Source: Eledone cirrhosa (Eukaryota). Taken from it: a stretch of DNA of 64,000 nt. The position numbers were made by a program, and so were the translations under genes. Positions 14,342-30,117 of the stretch are shown piece by piece. Position 1 is the stretch's first letter. Each line of letters begins with the position of its first letter. The notes beneath the pieces are model-generated. The model was not told where the DNA came from and searched no databases. It saw only the letters and a list, made by a program, of their open reading frames with translations. Location of the stretch: the NCBI GenBank assembly GCA_964016885.1, contig OZ024742.1, forward strand, positions 15,128,001 through 15,192,000, in the 5' to 3' direction.

Positions 14342-16421
14342 TGGCGAGGTGGCACCACTTAGCTCAAACTAATCATATCTAAATTACCATATATATATAT
14401 ATATATTGGTGAGGTGGCACCACTTAGCTCAAACTAATCATATCTAAATTACCATATATATTGGTGAGGTGGCACCACTTAGCTCAAACTAATCATATCT
14501 AAATTACCATATATATTGGTGAGGTGGCACCACTTAGCTGAAACTAATCATATCTAAATTACCATATATATATATTGGTGAGGTGGCACCACTTAGCTCA
14601 AACTAATCATATCTAAATTACCATATATATTGGTGATGTGGTACCACTTAGCTCAAACTAATCATATCTAAATTACCATATATATATATATTGGTGAGGT
14701 GGCACCACTTAGCTCAAACTAATCATATCTAAATTACCATATATATATATATATATTGGTGAGGTGGCACCACTAAGCTGAAACTAATCATATCTAAATT
14801 ACCATATATATATATTGGTGAGGTGGCACCACTTAGCTCAAACTAATCACATCTAAATTACCATATATATATATTGGTGAGGTGGTACCACTTAGCTCAA
14901 ACTAATCACATCTAAATTACCATATATATATATTGGTGAGGTGGCACCACTTAGCTCAAACTAATCATATCTAAATTACCATATATATTGGTGATGTGGT
15001 ACCACTTAGCTCAAACTAATCATATCTAAATTACCATATATATATATATTGGTGAGGTGGCACCACTTAGCTCAAACTAATCATATCTAAATTACCATAT
15101 ATATTGGTGAGGTGGCACCACTTAGCTCAAACTAATCATATCTAAATTACCATATATATATATATTGGTGAGGTGGCACTACTTAGCTCAAACTAATCAT
15201 ATCTAAATTACCATATATATTGGTGAGGTGGCACCACTTAGCTCAAACTAATCATATCTAAATTACCATATATATATATTGGTGAGGTGGTACCACTTAG
15301 CTCAAACTAATCACATCTAAATTACCATATATATTGGTGAGGTGGCACCACTTAGCTCAAACTAATCATATCTAAATTACCATATATATTGGTGATGTGG
15401 TACCACTTAGCTCAAACTAATCATATCTAAATTACCATATATATATATATTGGTGAGGTGGCACCACTTAGCTCAAACTAATCATATCTAAATTACCATA
15501 TATATTGGTGAGGTGGCACCACTTAGCTCAAACTAATCATATCTAAATTACCATATATATATATATTGGTGAGGTGGCACCACTTAGCTCAAACTAATCA
15601 TATCTAAATTACCATATATATTGGTGAGGTGGCACCACTTAGCTCAAACTAATCATATCTAAATTACCATATATATATATTGGTGAGGTGGTACCACTTA
15701 GCTCAAACTAATCACATCTAAATTACCATATATATTGGTGAGGTGGTACCACTTAGCTCAAACTAATCAAATCTAAATTACCATATATATTAGTGAGGTG
15801 GCACCACTTAACTCAAACTAATCATATCTAAATTACCATATATATTGGTGAGGTGGCACCACTTAGCTCAAACTAATCATATCTAAATTACCATATATAT
15901 ATATATTGGTGAGGTGGTACCACTTAGCTCAAACTAATCACATCTAAATTACCATATATATTGGTGAGGTGGCACCACTTAGCTCAAACTAATCATATCT
16001 AAATTACCATATATATTGGTGAGGTGGCACTACTTAGCTCAAACTAATCACATCTAAATTACCATATATATATATTGGTGAGGTGGTACCACTTAGCTCA
16101 AACTAATCACATCTAAATTACCATATATATATATTGGTGAGGTGGCACCACTTAGCTCAAACTAATCATATCTAAATTACCATATATATATATTGGTGAG
16201 GTGGCACCACTTAGCTCAAACTAATCACATCTAAATTACCATATATATATATTGGTGAGGTGGTACCACTTAGCTCAAACTAATCATATCTAAATTACCA
16301 TATATATTGGTGAGGTGGCACCACTTAGCTCAAACTAATCATATCTAAATTACCATATATATATATTGGTGAGGTGGCACCACTTAGCTCAAACTAATCA
16401 TATCTAAATTACCATATATAT

Positions 16422-16484
16422 GGCCATCCAAACCCATGCAAGCGTGGAACACGGACGTCAAACGATGATGATGATGATGCTGAT
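16422..16484 (+). mobile_element. Insert copy 7, GCT tail variant
   Basis: Same body, (GAT)5-GCT-GAT. Confidence 0.6.
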
Positions 16485-19400
16485 TGGTGAGGTGGCACCA
16501 CTTAGCTCAAACTAATCATATCTAAATTACCATATATATATATATATATTGGTGAGGTGGCACCACTAAGCTGAAACTAATCATATCTAAATTACCATAT
16601 ATATATATTGGTGAGGTGGCACCACTTAGCTCAAACTAATCACATCTAAATTACCATATATATATATTGGTGAGGTGGTACCACTTAGCTCAAACTAATC
16701 ATATCTAAATTACCATATACATATATTGGTGAGGTGGCACCACTTAGCTGAAACTAATCATATCTAAATTACCATATATATTGGTGAGGTGGCACCACTT
16801 AGCTCAAACTAATCATATCTAAATTACCATATATATATATTGGTGAGGTGGCACCACTTAGCTCAAACTAATCATATCTAAATTACCATATATATTGGTG
16901 ATGTGGTACCACTTAGCTCAAACTAATCATATCTAAATTACCATATATATATATATTGGTGAGGTGGCACCACTTAGCTCAAACTAATCATATCTAAATT
17001 ACCATATATATATATATATATTGGTGAGGTGGCACCACTAAGCTGAAACTAATCATATCTAAATTACCATATATATATATTGGTGAGGTGGCACCACTTA
17101 GCTCAAACTAATCACATCTAAATTACCATATATATATATTGGTGAGGTGGTACCACTTAGCTCAAACTAATCACATCTAAATTACCATATATATATATTG
17201 GTGAGGTGGCACCACTTAGCTCAATCTCATCATATCTAAATTACCATATACATATATTGGTGAGGTGGCACCACTTAGCTCAAACTAATCATATCTAAAT
17301 TACCATATATATTGGTTAGGTGGCACCACTTAGCTCAAACTAATCATATCTAAATTACCATATATATATATTGGTGAGGTGGCACCACTTAGCTCAAACT
17401 AATCATATCTAAATTACCATATATATTGGTGATGTGGTACCACTTAGCTCAAACTAATCATATCTAAATTACCATATATATATATATTGGTGAGGTGGCA
17501 CCACTTAGCTCAAACTAATCATATCTAAATTACCATATATATTGGTGAGGTGGCACCACTTAGCTCAAACTAATCATATCTAAATTACCATATATATATA
17601 TATTGGTGAGGTGGCACTACTTAGCTCAAACTAATCATATCTAAATTACCATATATATTGGTGAGGTGGCACCACTTAGCTCAAACTAATCATATCTAAA
17701 TTACCATATATATATATTGGTGAGGTGGTACCACTTAGCTCAAACTAATCACATCTAAATTACCATATATATTGGTGAGGTGGCACCACTTGGCTCAAAC
17801 TAATCATATCTAAATTACCATATATATTGGTGATGTGGTACCACTTAGCTCAAACTAATCATATCTAAATTACCATATATATATATATTGGTGAGGTGGC
17901 ACCACTTAGCTCAAACTAATCATATCTAAATTACCATATATATTGGTGAGGTGGCACCACTTAGCTCAAACTAATCATATCTAAATTACCATATATATAT
18001 ATATTGGTGAGGTGGCACCACTTAGCTCAAACTAATCATATCTAAATTACCATATATATTGGTGATGTGGTACCACTTAGCTCAAACTAATCATATCTAA
18101 ATTACCATATATATATATATTGGTGAGGTGGCACCACTTAGCTCAAACTAATCATATCTAAATTACCATATATATTGGTGAGGTGGCACCACTTAGCTCA
18201 AACTAATCATATCTAAATTACCATATATATATATATTGGTGAGGTGGCACTACTTAGCTCAAACTAATCATATCTAAATTACCATATATATTGGTGAGGT
18301 GGCACCACTTAGCTCAAACTAATCATATCTAAATTACCATATATATATATTGGTGAGGTGGTACCACTTAGCTCAAACTAATCACATCTAAATTACCATA
18401 TATATTGGTGAGGTGGCACCACTTAGCTCAAACTAATCATATCTAAATTACCATATATATTGGTGATGTGGTACCACTTAGCTCAAACTAATCATATCTA
18501 AATTACCATATATATATATATTGGTGAGGTGGCACCACTTAGCTCAAACTAATCATATCTAAATTACCATATATATTGGTGAGGTGGCACCACTTAGCTC
18601 AAACTAATCATATCTAAATTACCATATATATATATATTGGTGAGGTGGCACCACTTAGCTCAAACTAATCATATCTAAATTACCATATATATTGGTGAGG
18701 TGGCACCACTTAGCTCAAACTAATCATATCTAAATTACCATATATATATATTGGTGAGGTGGTACCACTTAGCTCAAACTAATCACATCTAAATTACCAT
18801 ATATATTGGTGAGGTGGTACCACTTAGCTCAAACTAATCAAATCTAAATTACCATATATATTAGTGAGGTGGCACCACTTAACTCAAACTAATCATATCT
18901 AAATTACCATATATATTGGTGAGGTGGCACCACTTAGCTCAAACTAATCATATCTAAATTACCATATATATATATATTGGTGAGGTGGTACCACTTAGCT
19001 CAAACTAATCACATCTAAATTACCATATATATTGGTGAGGTGGCACCACTTAGCTCAAACTAATCATATCTAAATTACCATATATATTGGTGAGGTGGCA
19101 CTACTTAGCTCAAACTAATCACATCTAAATTACCATATATATATATTGGTGAGGTGGTACCACTTAGCTCAAACTAATCACATCTAAATTACCATATATA
19201 TATATTGGTGAGGTGGCACCACTTAGCTCAAACTAATCATATCTAAATTACCATATATATATATTGGTGAGGTGGCACCACTTAGCTCAAACTAATCACA
19301 TCTAAATTACCATATATATATATTGGTGAGGTGGTACCACTTAGCTCAAACTAATCATATCTAAATTACCATATATATTGGTGAGGTGGCACCACTTAGC

Positions 19401-19492
19401 TCAAACTAATCATATCTAAATTACCATATATATATATTGGTGAGGTGGCACCACTTAGCTCAAACTAATCATATCTAAATTACCATATATAT

Positions 19493-19555
19493 GGCCATCC
19501 AAACCCATGCAAGCGTGGAACACGGACGTCAAACGATGATGATGATGATGATGAT
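19493..19555 (+). mobile_element. Insert copy 8 (followed by TGGCGAGG variant)
   Basis: Same body, (GAT)7. Confidence 0.6.
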
Positions 19556-21635
19556 TGGCGAGGTGGCACCACTTAGCTCAAACTAATCATATCTAAATTA
19601 CCATATATATATATATATATTGGTGAGGTGGCACCACTTAGCTCAAACTAATCATATCTAAATTACCATATATATTGGTGAGGTGGCACCACTTAGCTCA
19701 AACTAATCATATCTAAATTACCATATATATTGGTGAGGTGGCACCACTTAGCTGAAACTAATCATATCTAAATTACCATATATATATATTGGTGAGGTGG
19801 CACCACTTAGCTCAAACTAATCATATCTAAATTACCATATATATTGGTGATGTGGTACCACTTAGCTCAAACTAATCATATCTAAATTACCATATATATA
19901 TATATTGGTGAGGTGGCACCACTTAGCTCAAACTAATCATATCTAAATTACCATATATATATATATATATTGGTGAGGTGGCACCACTAAGCTGAAACTA
20001 ATCATATCTAAATTACCATATATATATATTGGTGAGGTGGCACCACTTAGCTCAAACTAATCACATCTAAATTACCATATATATATATTGGTGAGGTGGT
20101 ACCACTTAGCTCAAACTAATCACATCTAAATTACCATATATATATATTGGTGAGGTGGCACCACTTAGCTCAAACTAATCATATCTAAATTACCATATAT
20201 ATTGGTGATGTGGTACCACTTAGCTCAAACTAATCATATCTAAATTACCATATATATATATATTGGTGAGGTGGCACCACTTAGCTCAAACTAATCATAT
20301 CTAAATTACCATATATATTGGTGAGGTGGCACCACTTAGCTCAAACTAATCATATCTAAATTACCATATATATATATATTGGTGAGGTGGCACTACTTAG
20401 CTCAAACTAATCATATCTAAATTACCATATATATTGGTGAGGTGGCACCACTTAGCTCAAACTAATCATATCTAAATTACCATATATATATATTGGTGAG
20501 GTGGTACCACTTAGCTCAAACTAATCACATCTAAATTACCATATATATTGGTGAGGTGGCACCACTTAGCTCAAACTAATCATATCTAAATTACCATATA
20601 TATTGGTGATGTGGTACCACTTAGCTCAAACTAATCATATCTAAATTACCATATATATATATATTGGTGAGGTGGCACCACTTAGCTCAAACTAATCATA
20701 TCTAAATTACCATATATATTGGTGAGGTGGCACCACTTAGCTCAAACTAATCATATCTAAATTACCATATATATATATATTGGTGAGGTGGCACCACTTA
20801 GCTCAAACTAATCATATCTAAATTACCATATATATTGGTGAGGTGGCACCACTTAGCTCAAACTAATCATATCTAAATTACCATATATATATATTGGTGA
20901 GGTGGTACCACTTAGCTCAAACTAATCACATCTAAATTACCATATATATTGGTGAGGTGGTACCACTTAGCTCAAACTAATCAAATCTAAATTACCATAT
21001 ATATTAGTGAGGTGGCACCACTTAACTCAAACTAATCATATCTAAATTACCATATATATTGGTGAGGTGGCACCACTTAGCTCAAACTAATCATATCTAA
21101 ATTACCATATATATATATATTGGTGAGGTGGTACCACTTAGCTCAAACTAATCACATCTAAATTACCATATATATTGGTGAGGTGGCACCACTTAGCTCA
21201 AACTAATCATATCTAAATTACCATATATATTGGTGAGGTGGCACTACTTAGCTCAAACTAATCACATCTAAATTACCATATATATATATTGGTGAGGTGG
21301 TACCACTTAGCTCAAACTAATCACATCTAAATTACCATATATATATATTGGTGAGGTGGCACCACTTAGCTCAAACTAATCATATCTAAATTACCATATA
21401 TATATATTGGTGAGGTGGCACCACTTAGCTCAAACTAATCACATCTAAATTACCATATATATATATTGGTGAGGTGGTACCACTTAGCTCAAACTAATCA
21501 TATCTAAATTACCATATATATTGGTGAGGTGGCACCACTTAGCTCAAACTAATCATATCTAAATTACCATATATATATATTGGTGAGGTGGCACCACTTA
21601 GCTCAAACTAATCATATCTAAATTACCATATATAT

Positions 21636-21698
21636 GGCCATCCAAACCCATGCAAGCGTGGAACACGGACGTCAAACGATGATGATGATGATGCTGAT
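21636..21698 (+). mobile_element. Insert copy 9, GCT tail variant
   Basis: Same body, (GAT)5-GCT-GAT. Confidence 0.6.
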
Positions 21699-24014
21699 TG
21701 GTGAGGTGGCACCACTTAGCTCAAACTAATCATATCTAAATTACCATATATATATATATATATTGGTGAGGTGGCACCACTAAGCTGAAACTAATCATAT
21801 CTAAATTACCATATATATATATTGGTGAGGTGGCACCACTTAGCTCAAACTAATCACATCTAAATTACCATATATATATATTGGTGAGGTGGTACCACTT
21901 AGCTCAAACTAATCATATCTAAATTACCATATACATATATTGGTGAGGTGGCACCACTTAGCTGAAACTAATCATATCTAAATTACCATATATATTGGTG
22001 AGGTGGCACCACTTAGCTCAAACTAATCATATCTAAATTACCATATATATATATTGGTGAGGTGGCACCACTTAGCTCAAACTAATCATATCTAAATTAC
22101 CATATATATTGGTGAAGTGGTACCACTTAGCTCAAACTAATCATATCTAAATTACCATATATATATATATTGGTGAGGTGGCACCACTTAGCTCAAACTA
22201 ATCATATCTAAATTACCATATATATATATATATATTGGTGAGGTGGCACCACTAAGCTGAAACTAATCATATCTAAATTACCATATATATATATTGGTGA
22301 GGTGGCACCACTTAGCTCAAACTAATCACATCTAAATTACCATATATATATATTGGTGAGGTGGTACCACTTAGCTCAAACTAATCACATCTAAATTACC
22401 ATATATATATATTGGTGAGGTGGCACCACTTAGCTCAAACTAATCATATCTAAATTACCATATACATATATTGGTGAGGTGGCACCACTTAGCTCAAACT
22501 AATCATATCTAAATTACCATATATATTGGTTAGGTGGCACCACTTAGCTCAAACTAATCATATCTAAATTACCATATATATATATTGGTGAGGTGGCACC
22601 ACTTAGCTCAAACTAATCATATCTAAATTACCATATATATTGGTGATGTGGTACCACTTAGCTCAAACTAATCATATCTAAATTACCATATATATATATA
22701 TTGGTGAGGTGGCACCACTTAGCTCAAACTAATCATATCTAAATTACCATATATATTGGTGAGGTGGCACCACTTAGCTCAAACTAATCATATCTAAATT
22801 ACCATATATATATATATTGGTGAGGTGGCACTACTTAGCTCAAACTAATCATATCTAAATTACCATATATATTGGTGAGGTGGCACCACTTAGCTCAAAC
22901 TAATCATATCTAAATTACCATATATATATATTGGTGAGGTGGTACCACTTAGCTCAAACTAATCACATCTAAATTACCATATATATTGGTGAGGTGGCAC
23001 CACTTAGCTCAAACTAATCATATCTAAATTACCATATATATTGGTGATGTGGTACCACTTAGCTCAAACTAATCATATCTAAATTACCATATATATATAT
23101 ATTGGTGAGGTGGCACCACTTAGCTCAAACTAATCATATCTAAATTACCATATATATTGGTGAGGTGGCACCACTTAGCTCAAACTAATCATATCTAAAT
23201 TACCATATATATATATATTGGTGAGGTGGCACCACTTAGCTCAAACTAATCATATCTAAATTACCATATATATTGGTGAGGTGGCACCACTTAGCTCAAA
23301 CTAATCATATCTAAATTACCATATATATATATTGGTGAGGTGGTACCACTTAGCTCAAACTAATCACATCTAAATTACCATATATATTGGTGAGGTGGTA
23401 CCACTTAGCTCAAACTAATCAAATCTAAATTACCATATATATTAGTGAGGTGGCACCACTTAACTCAAACTAATCATATCTAAATTACCATATATATTGG
23501 TGAGGTGGCACCACTTAGCTCAAACTAATCATATCTAAATTACCATATATATATATATTGGTGAGGTGGTACCACTTAGCTCAAACTAATCACATCTAAA
23601 TTACCATATATATTGGTGAGGTGGCACCACTTAGCTCAAACTAATCATATCTAAATTACCATATATATTGGTGAGGTGGCACTACTTAGCTCAAACTAAT
23701 CACATCTAAATTACCATATATATATATTGGTGAGGTGGTACCACTTAGCTCAAACTAATCACATCTAAATTACCATATATATATATTGGTGAGGTGGCAC
23801 CACTTAGCTCAAACTAATCATATCTAAATTACCATATATATATACTGGTGAGGTGGCACCACTTAGCTCAAACTAATCACATCTAAATTACCATATATAT
23901 ATATTGGTGAGGTGGTACCACTTAGCTCAAACTAATCATATCTAAATTACCATATATATTGGTGAGGTGGCACCACTTAGCTCAAACTAATCATATCTAA
24001 ATTACCATATATAT

Positions 24015-24077
24015 GGCCATCCAAACCCATGCAAGCGTGGAACACGGACGTCAAACGATGATGATGATGATGATGAT
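24015..24077 (+). mobile_element. Insert copy 10
   Basis: Same body, (GAT)7. Confidence 0.6.
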
Positions 24078-27000
24078 TGGTGAGGTGGCACCACTTAGCT
24101 CAAACTAATCATATCTAAATTACCATATATATATATATATATTGGTGAGGTGGCACCACTAAGCTGAAACTAATCATATCTAAATTACCATATATATATA
24201 TTGGTGAGGTGGCACCACTTAGCTCAAACTAATCACATCTAAATTACCATATATATATATTGGTGAGGTGGTACCACTTAGCTCAAACTAATCATATCTA
24301 AATTACCATATACATATATTGGTGAGGTGGCACCACTTAGCTGAAACTAATCATATCTAAATTACCATATATATTGGTGAGGTGGCACCACTTAGCTCAA
24401 ACTAATCATATCTAAATTACCATATATATATATATTGGTGAGGTGGCACCACTTAGCTCAAACTAATCATATCTAAATTACCATATATATATATTGGTGA
24501 GGTGGCACCACTTAGCTCAAACTAATCATATCTAAATTACCATATATATTGGTGAAGTGGTACCACTTAGCTCAAACTAATCATATCTAAATTACCATAT
24601 ATATATATATTGGTGAGGTGGCACCACTTAGCTGAAACTAATCATATCTAAATTACCATATATATTGGTGAGGTGGCACCACTTAGCTCAAACTAATCAT
24701 ATCTAAATTACCATATATATATATATTGGTGAGGTGGCACCACTTAGCTCAAACTAATCATATCTAAATTACCATATATATTGGTGAGGTGGCACCACTT
24801 AGCTGAAACTAATCATATCTAAATTACCATATATATATATATATTGGTGAGGTGGCACTACTTAGCTCAAACTAATCATATCTAAATTACCATATATATT
24901 GGTGAGGTGGCACCACTTAGCTCAAACTAATCATATCTAAATTACCATATATATATATATTGGTGAGGTGGTACCACTTAGCTCAAACTAATCACATCTA
25001 AATTACCATATATATTGGTGAGGTGGCACCACTTAGCTCAAACTAATCATATCTAAATTACCATATATATTGGTGATGTGGTACCACTTAGCTCAAACTA
25101 ATCATATCTAAATTACCATATATATATATATTGGTGAGGTGGCACCACTTAGCTCAAACTAATCATATCTAAATTACCATATATATATATATTGGTGAGG
25201 TGGCACGACTTAGCTCAAACTAATCATATCTAAATTACCATATATATTGGTGAGGTGGCACCACTTAGCTCAAACTAATCATATCTAAATTACCATATAT
25301 ATATATTGGTGAGGTGGCACCACTTAGCTCAAACTAATCATATCTAAATTACCATATATATATATATTGGTGAGGTGGCACCACTTAGCTCAAACTAATC
25401 ACATCTAAATTACCATATATATTGGTGAGATGGCACCACTTAGCTCAAACTAATCATATCTAAATTACCATATATATATATATTGGTTAGGTGGCACCAC
25501 TTAGCTCAAACTAATCATATCTAAATTACCATATATATATATTGGTGAGGTGGCACCACTTAACTCAAACTAAACATATCTAAATTACTATATATATATA
25601 TTGGTGAGGTGGCACCACTTAGCTCAAACTAACCACATCTAAATTACCATATATATTGGTGAGGTGGCACCACTTAGCTCAATCTCATCATATCTAAATT
25701 ACCATATATATTGGTGAGGTGGCACCACTTAACTCAAACTAATCATATCTAAATTACCATATATATATATTGGTGAGGTGGCACCACTTAGCTCAAACTA
25801 ATCATATCTAAATTACCATATATATATATTGGTGAGGTGGCACCACTTAGCTCAAACTAATCATATCTAAATTACCATATATATATATTGGTGAGGTGGC
25901 ACCACTTAGCTCAAACTAATCATATCTAAATTACCATATATATTGGTGAGGTGGCACCACTTAGCTCAAACTAATCATATCTAAATTACCATATATATTG
26001 GTGAGGTGGCACCACTTAGCTGAAACTAATCATATCTAAATTACCATATATATATATTGGTGAGGTGGCACCACTTAGCTCAAACTAATCATATCTAAAT
26101 TACCATATATATTGGTGATGTGGTACCACTTAGCTCAAACTAATCATATCTAAATTACCATATATATATATATTGGTGAGGTGGCACCACTTAGCTCAAA
26201 CTAATCATATCTAAATTACCATATATATATATATATATTGGTGAGGTGGCACCACTAAGCTGAAACTAATCATATCTAAATTACCATATATATATATTGG
26301 TGAGGTGGCACCACTTAGCTCAAACTAATCATATCTAAATTACCATATATATATATTGGTGAGGTGGTACCACTTAGCTCAAACTAATCACATCTAAATT
26401 ACCATATATATATATTGGTGAGGTGGCACCACTTAGCTCAAACTAATCATATCTAAATTACCATATACATATATTGGTGAGGTGGCACCACTTAGCTCAA
26501 ACTAATCATATCTAAATTACCATATATATTGGTTAGGTGGCACCACTTAGCTCAAACTAATCATATCTAAATTACCATATATATATATTGGTGAGGTGGC
26601 ACCACTTAGCTCAAACTAATCATATCTAAATTACCATATATATTGGTGATGTGGTACCACTTAGCTCAAACTAATCATATCTAAATTACCATATATATAT
26701 ATATTGGTGAGGTGGCACCACTTAGCTCAAACTAATCATATCTAAATTACCATATATATTGGTGAGGTGGCACCACTTAGCTCAAACTAATCATATCTAA
26801 ATTACCATATATATATATATTGGTGAGGTGGCACTACTTAGCTCAAACTAATCATATCTAAATTACCATATATATTGGTGAGGTGGCACCACTTAGCTCA
26901 AACTAATCATATCTAAATTACCATATATATATATTGGTGAGGTGGTACCACTTAGCTCAAACTAATCACATCTAAATTACCATATATATTGGTGAGGTGG

Positions 27001-28151
27001 CACCACTTAGCTCAAACTAATCATATCTAAATTACCATATATATTGGTGATGTGGTACCACTTAGCTCAAACTAATCATATCTAAATTACCATATATATA
27101 TATATTGGTGAGGTGGCACCACTTAGCTCAAACTAATCATATCTAAATTACCATATATATTGGTGAGGTGGCACCACTTAGCTCAAACTAATCATATCTA
27201 AATTACCATATATATATATATTGGTGAGGTGGCACCACTTAGCTCAAACTAATCATATCTAAATTACCATATATATTGGTGAGGTGGCACCACTTAGCTC
27301 AAACTAATCATATCTAAATTACCATATATACATATTGGTGAGGTGGCACCACTTAGCTCAAACTAATCATATCTAAATTACCATATATATATATATTGGT
27401 GAGGTGGCACCACTTAGCTCAAACTAATCATATCTAAATTACCATATATATTGGTGAGGTGGCACCACTTAGCTCAAACTAATCACATCTAAATTACCAT
27501 ATATATTGGTGAGGTGGCACCACTTAGCTCAAACTAATCATATCTAAATTACCATATATATATATATTGGTGAGGTGGCACCACTTAGCTCAAACTAATC
27601 ATATCTAAATTAACATATATACATATATTGGTGAGGTGGTACCACTTAGCTCAAACTAATCATATCTAAATTACCATATATATATATTGGTGAGGTGGTA
27701 CCACTTAGCTCAAACTAATCACATCTAAATTACCATATATATTGGTGAGGTGGCACCACTTAGCTCAAACTAATCATATCTAAATTACCATATATATATA
27801 TTGGTGAGGTCGTACCACTTAGCTCAAACTAATCACATCTAAATTACCATATATATTGGTGAGGTGGCACCACTTAGCTCAAACTAATCATATCTAAATT
27901 ACCATATATATATATATTGGTGAGGTGGCACCACTTAGCTCAAACTAATCATATCTAAATTAACATATATACATATATTGGTGAGGTGGCACCACTTAGC
28001 TCAAACTAATCATATCTAAATTACCATATATATATATTGGCGAGGTGGCACCACTTAGCTCAAACTAATCACATCTAAATTACCATATATATATATTGGT
28101 GAGTTGGTACCACTTAGCTCAAACTAATCACATCTAAATTACCATATATAT

Positions 28152-28214
28152 GGCCATCCAAACCCATGCAAGCGTGGAACACGGACGTCAAACGATGATG
28201 ATGATGATGATGAT
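28152..28214 (+). mobile_element. Insert copy 11 (followed by TGGCGAGG variant)
   Basis: Same body, (GAT)7. Confidence 0.6.
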
Positions 28215-30054
28215 TGGCGAGGTGGCACCACTTAGCTCAAACTAATCATATCTAAATTACCATATATATATATATATTGGTGAGGTGGCACCACTAAGCT
28301 GAAACTAATCATATCTAAATTACCATATATATATATTGGTGAGGTGGCACCACTTAGTTCAAACTAATCATATCTAAATTACCATATATATATATTGGTG
28401 AGGTGGCACCACTTAGCTCAAACTAATCATATCTAAATTACCATATATATATATTGGTGAGGTGGCACCACTTAACTCAAACTAAACATATCTAAATTAC
28501 TATATATATATATTGGTGAGGTGGCACCACTTAGCTAAAACTAATCATATCTAAATTACCATATATATATATTGGTGAGGTGGCACCACTTAGCTCAAAC
28601 TAATCACATCTAAATTACCATATATATTGGTGAGGTGGCACCACTTAGCTCAAACTAATCATATCTAAATTACCATATATATTGGTGAGGTGGCACCACT
28701 TAGCTCAAACTAATCACATCTAAATTACCATATATATTGGTGAGGTGGCACCACTTAGCTCAATCTCATCATATCTAAATTACCATATATATTGGTGAGG
28801 TGGCACCACTTAACTCAAACTAATCATATCTAAATTACCATATATATATATTGGTGAGGTGGCACCACTTAGCTCAAACTAATCATATCTAAATTACCAT
28901 ATATATATATTGGTGAGGTGGCACCACTTAGCTCAAACTAATCATATCTAAATTACCATATATATATATTGGTGAGGTGGCACCACTTAGCTCAAACTAA
29001 TCATATCTAAATTACCATATATATATATTGGTGAGGTGGCACCACTTAGCTCAAACTAATCATATCTAAATTACCATATATATTGGTGAGGTGGCACCAC
29101 TTAGCTCAAACTAATCATATCTAAATTACCATATATATTGGTGAGGTGGCACCACTTAGCTCAAACTAATCATATCTAAATTACCATATATATATATATT
29201 GGTGAGGTGGCACCACTTAGCTCAAACTAATCATATCTAAATTACCATATATATTGGTGAGGTGGCACCACTTAGCTCAAACTAATCATATCTAAATTAC
29301 CATATATATATATTGGTGAGGTGGTACCACTTAGCTCAAACTAATCACATCTAAATTACCATATATATTGGTGAGGTGGTACCACTTAGCTCAAACTAAT
29401 CAAATCTAAATTACCATATATATTAGTGAGGTGGCACCACTTAACTCAAACTAATCATATCTAAATTACCATATATATTGGTGAGGTGGCACCACTTAGC
29501 TCAAACTAATCATATCTAAATTACCATATATATATATATTGGTGAGGTGGTACCACTTAGCTCAAACTAATCACATCTAAATTACCATATATATTGGTGA
29601 GGTGGCACCACTTAGCTCAAACTAATCATATCTAAATTACCATATATATTGGTGAGGTGGCACTACTTAGCTCAAACTAATCACATCTAAATTACCATAT
29701 ATATATATTGGTGAGGTGGTACCACTTAGCTCAAACTAATCACATCTAAATTACCATATATATATATTGGTGAGGTGGCACCACTTAGCTCAAACTAATC
29801 ATATCTAAATTACCATATATATATATTGGTGAGGTGGCACCACTTAGCTCAAACTAATCACATCTAAATTACCATATATATATATTGGTGAGGTGGTACC
29901 ACTTAGCTCAAACTAATCATATCTAAATTACCATATATATTGGTGAGGTGGCACCACTTAGCTCAAACTAATCATATCTAAATTACCATATATATATATT
30001 GGTGAGGTGGCACCACTTAGCTCAAACTAATCATATCTAAATTACCATATATAT

Positions 30055-30117
30055 GGCCATCCAAACCCATGCAAGCGTGGAACACGGACGTCAAACGATG
30101 ATGATGATGATGATGAT
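30055..30117 (+). mobile_element. Insert copy 12
   Basis: Same body, (GAT)7. Confidence 0.6.

Larger units (their letters stand above)
11592..22115 (+). repeat. Tandem higher-order duplication, 5214-bp unit x2 (boundaries approximate)
   Basis: Markers in register: TCAATCTCAT 12007/17221, CTTGGC 12578/17792, inserts 14279/19493 and 16422/21636. Confidence 0.9.
20960..25110 (+). repeat. Higher-order block duplicate of ~2770-6920 (offset 18194 bp; boundaries approximate)
   Basis: Inserts 3442/21636 and 5821/24015; GGTGAAGTGG variants 3917/22111 and 6357/24551. Confidence 0.88.
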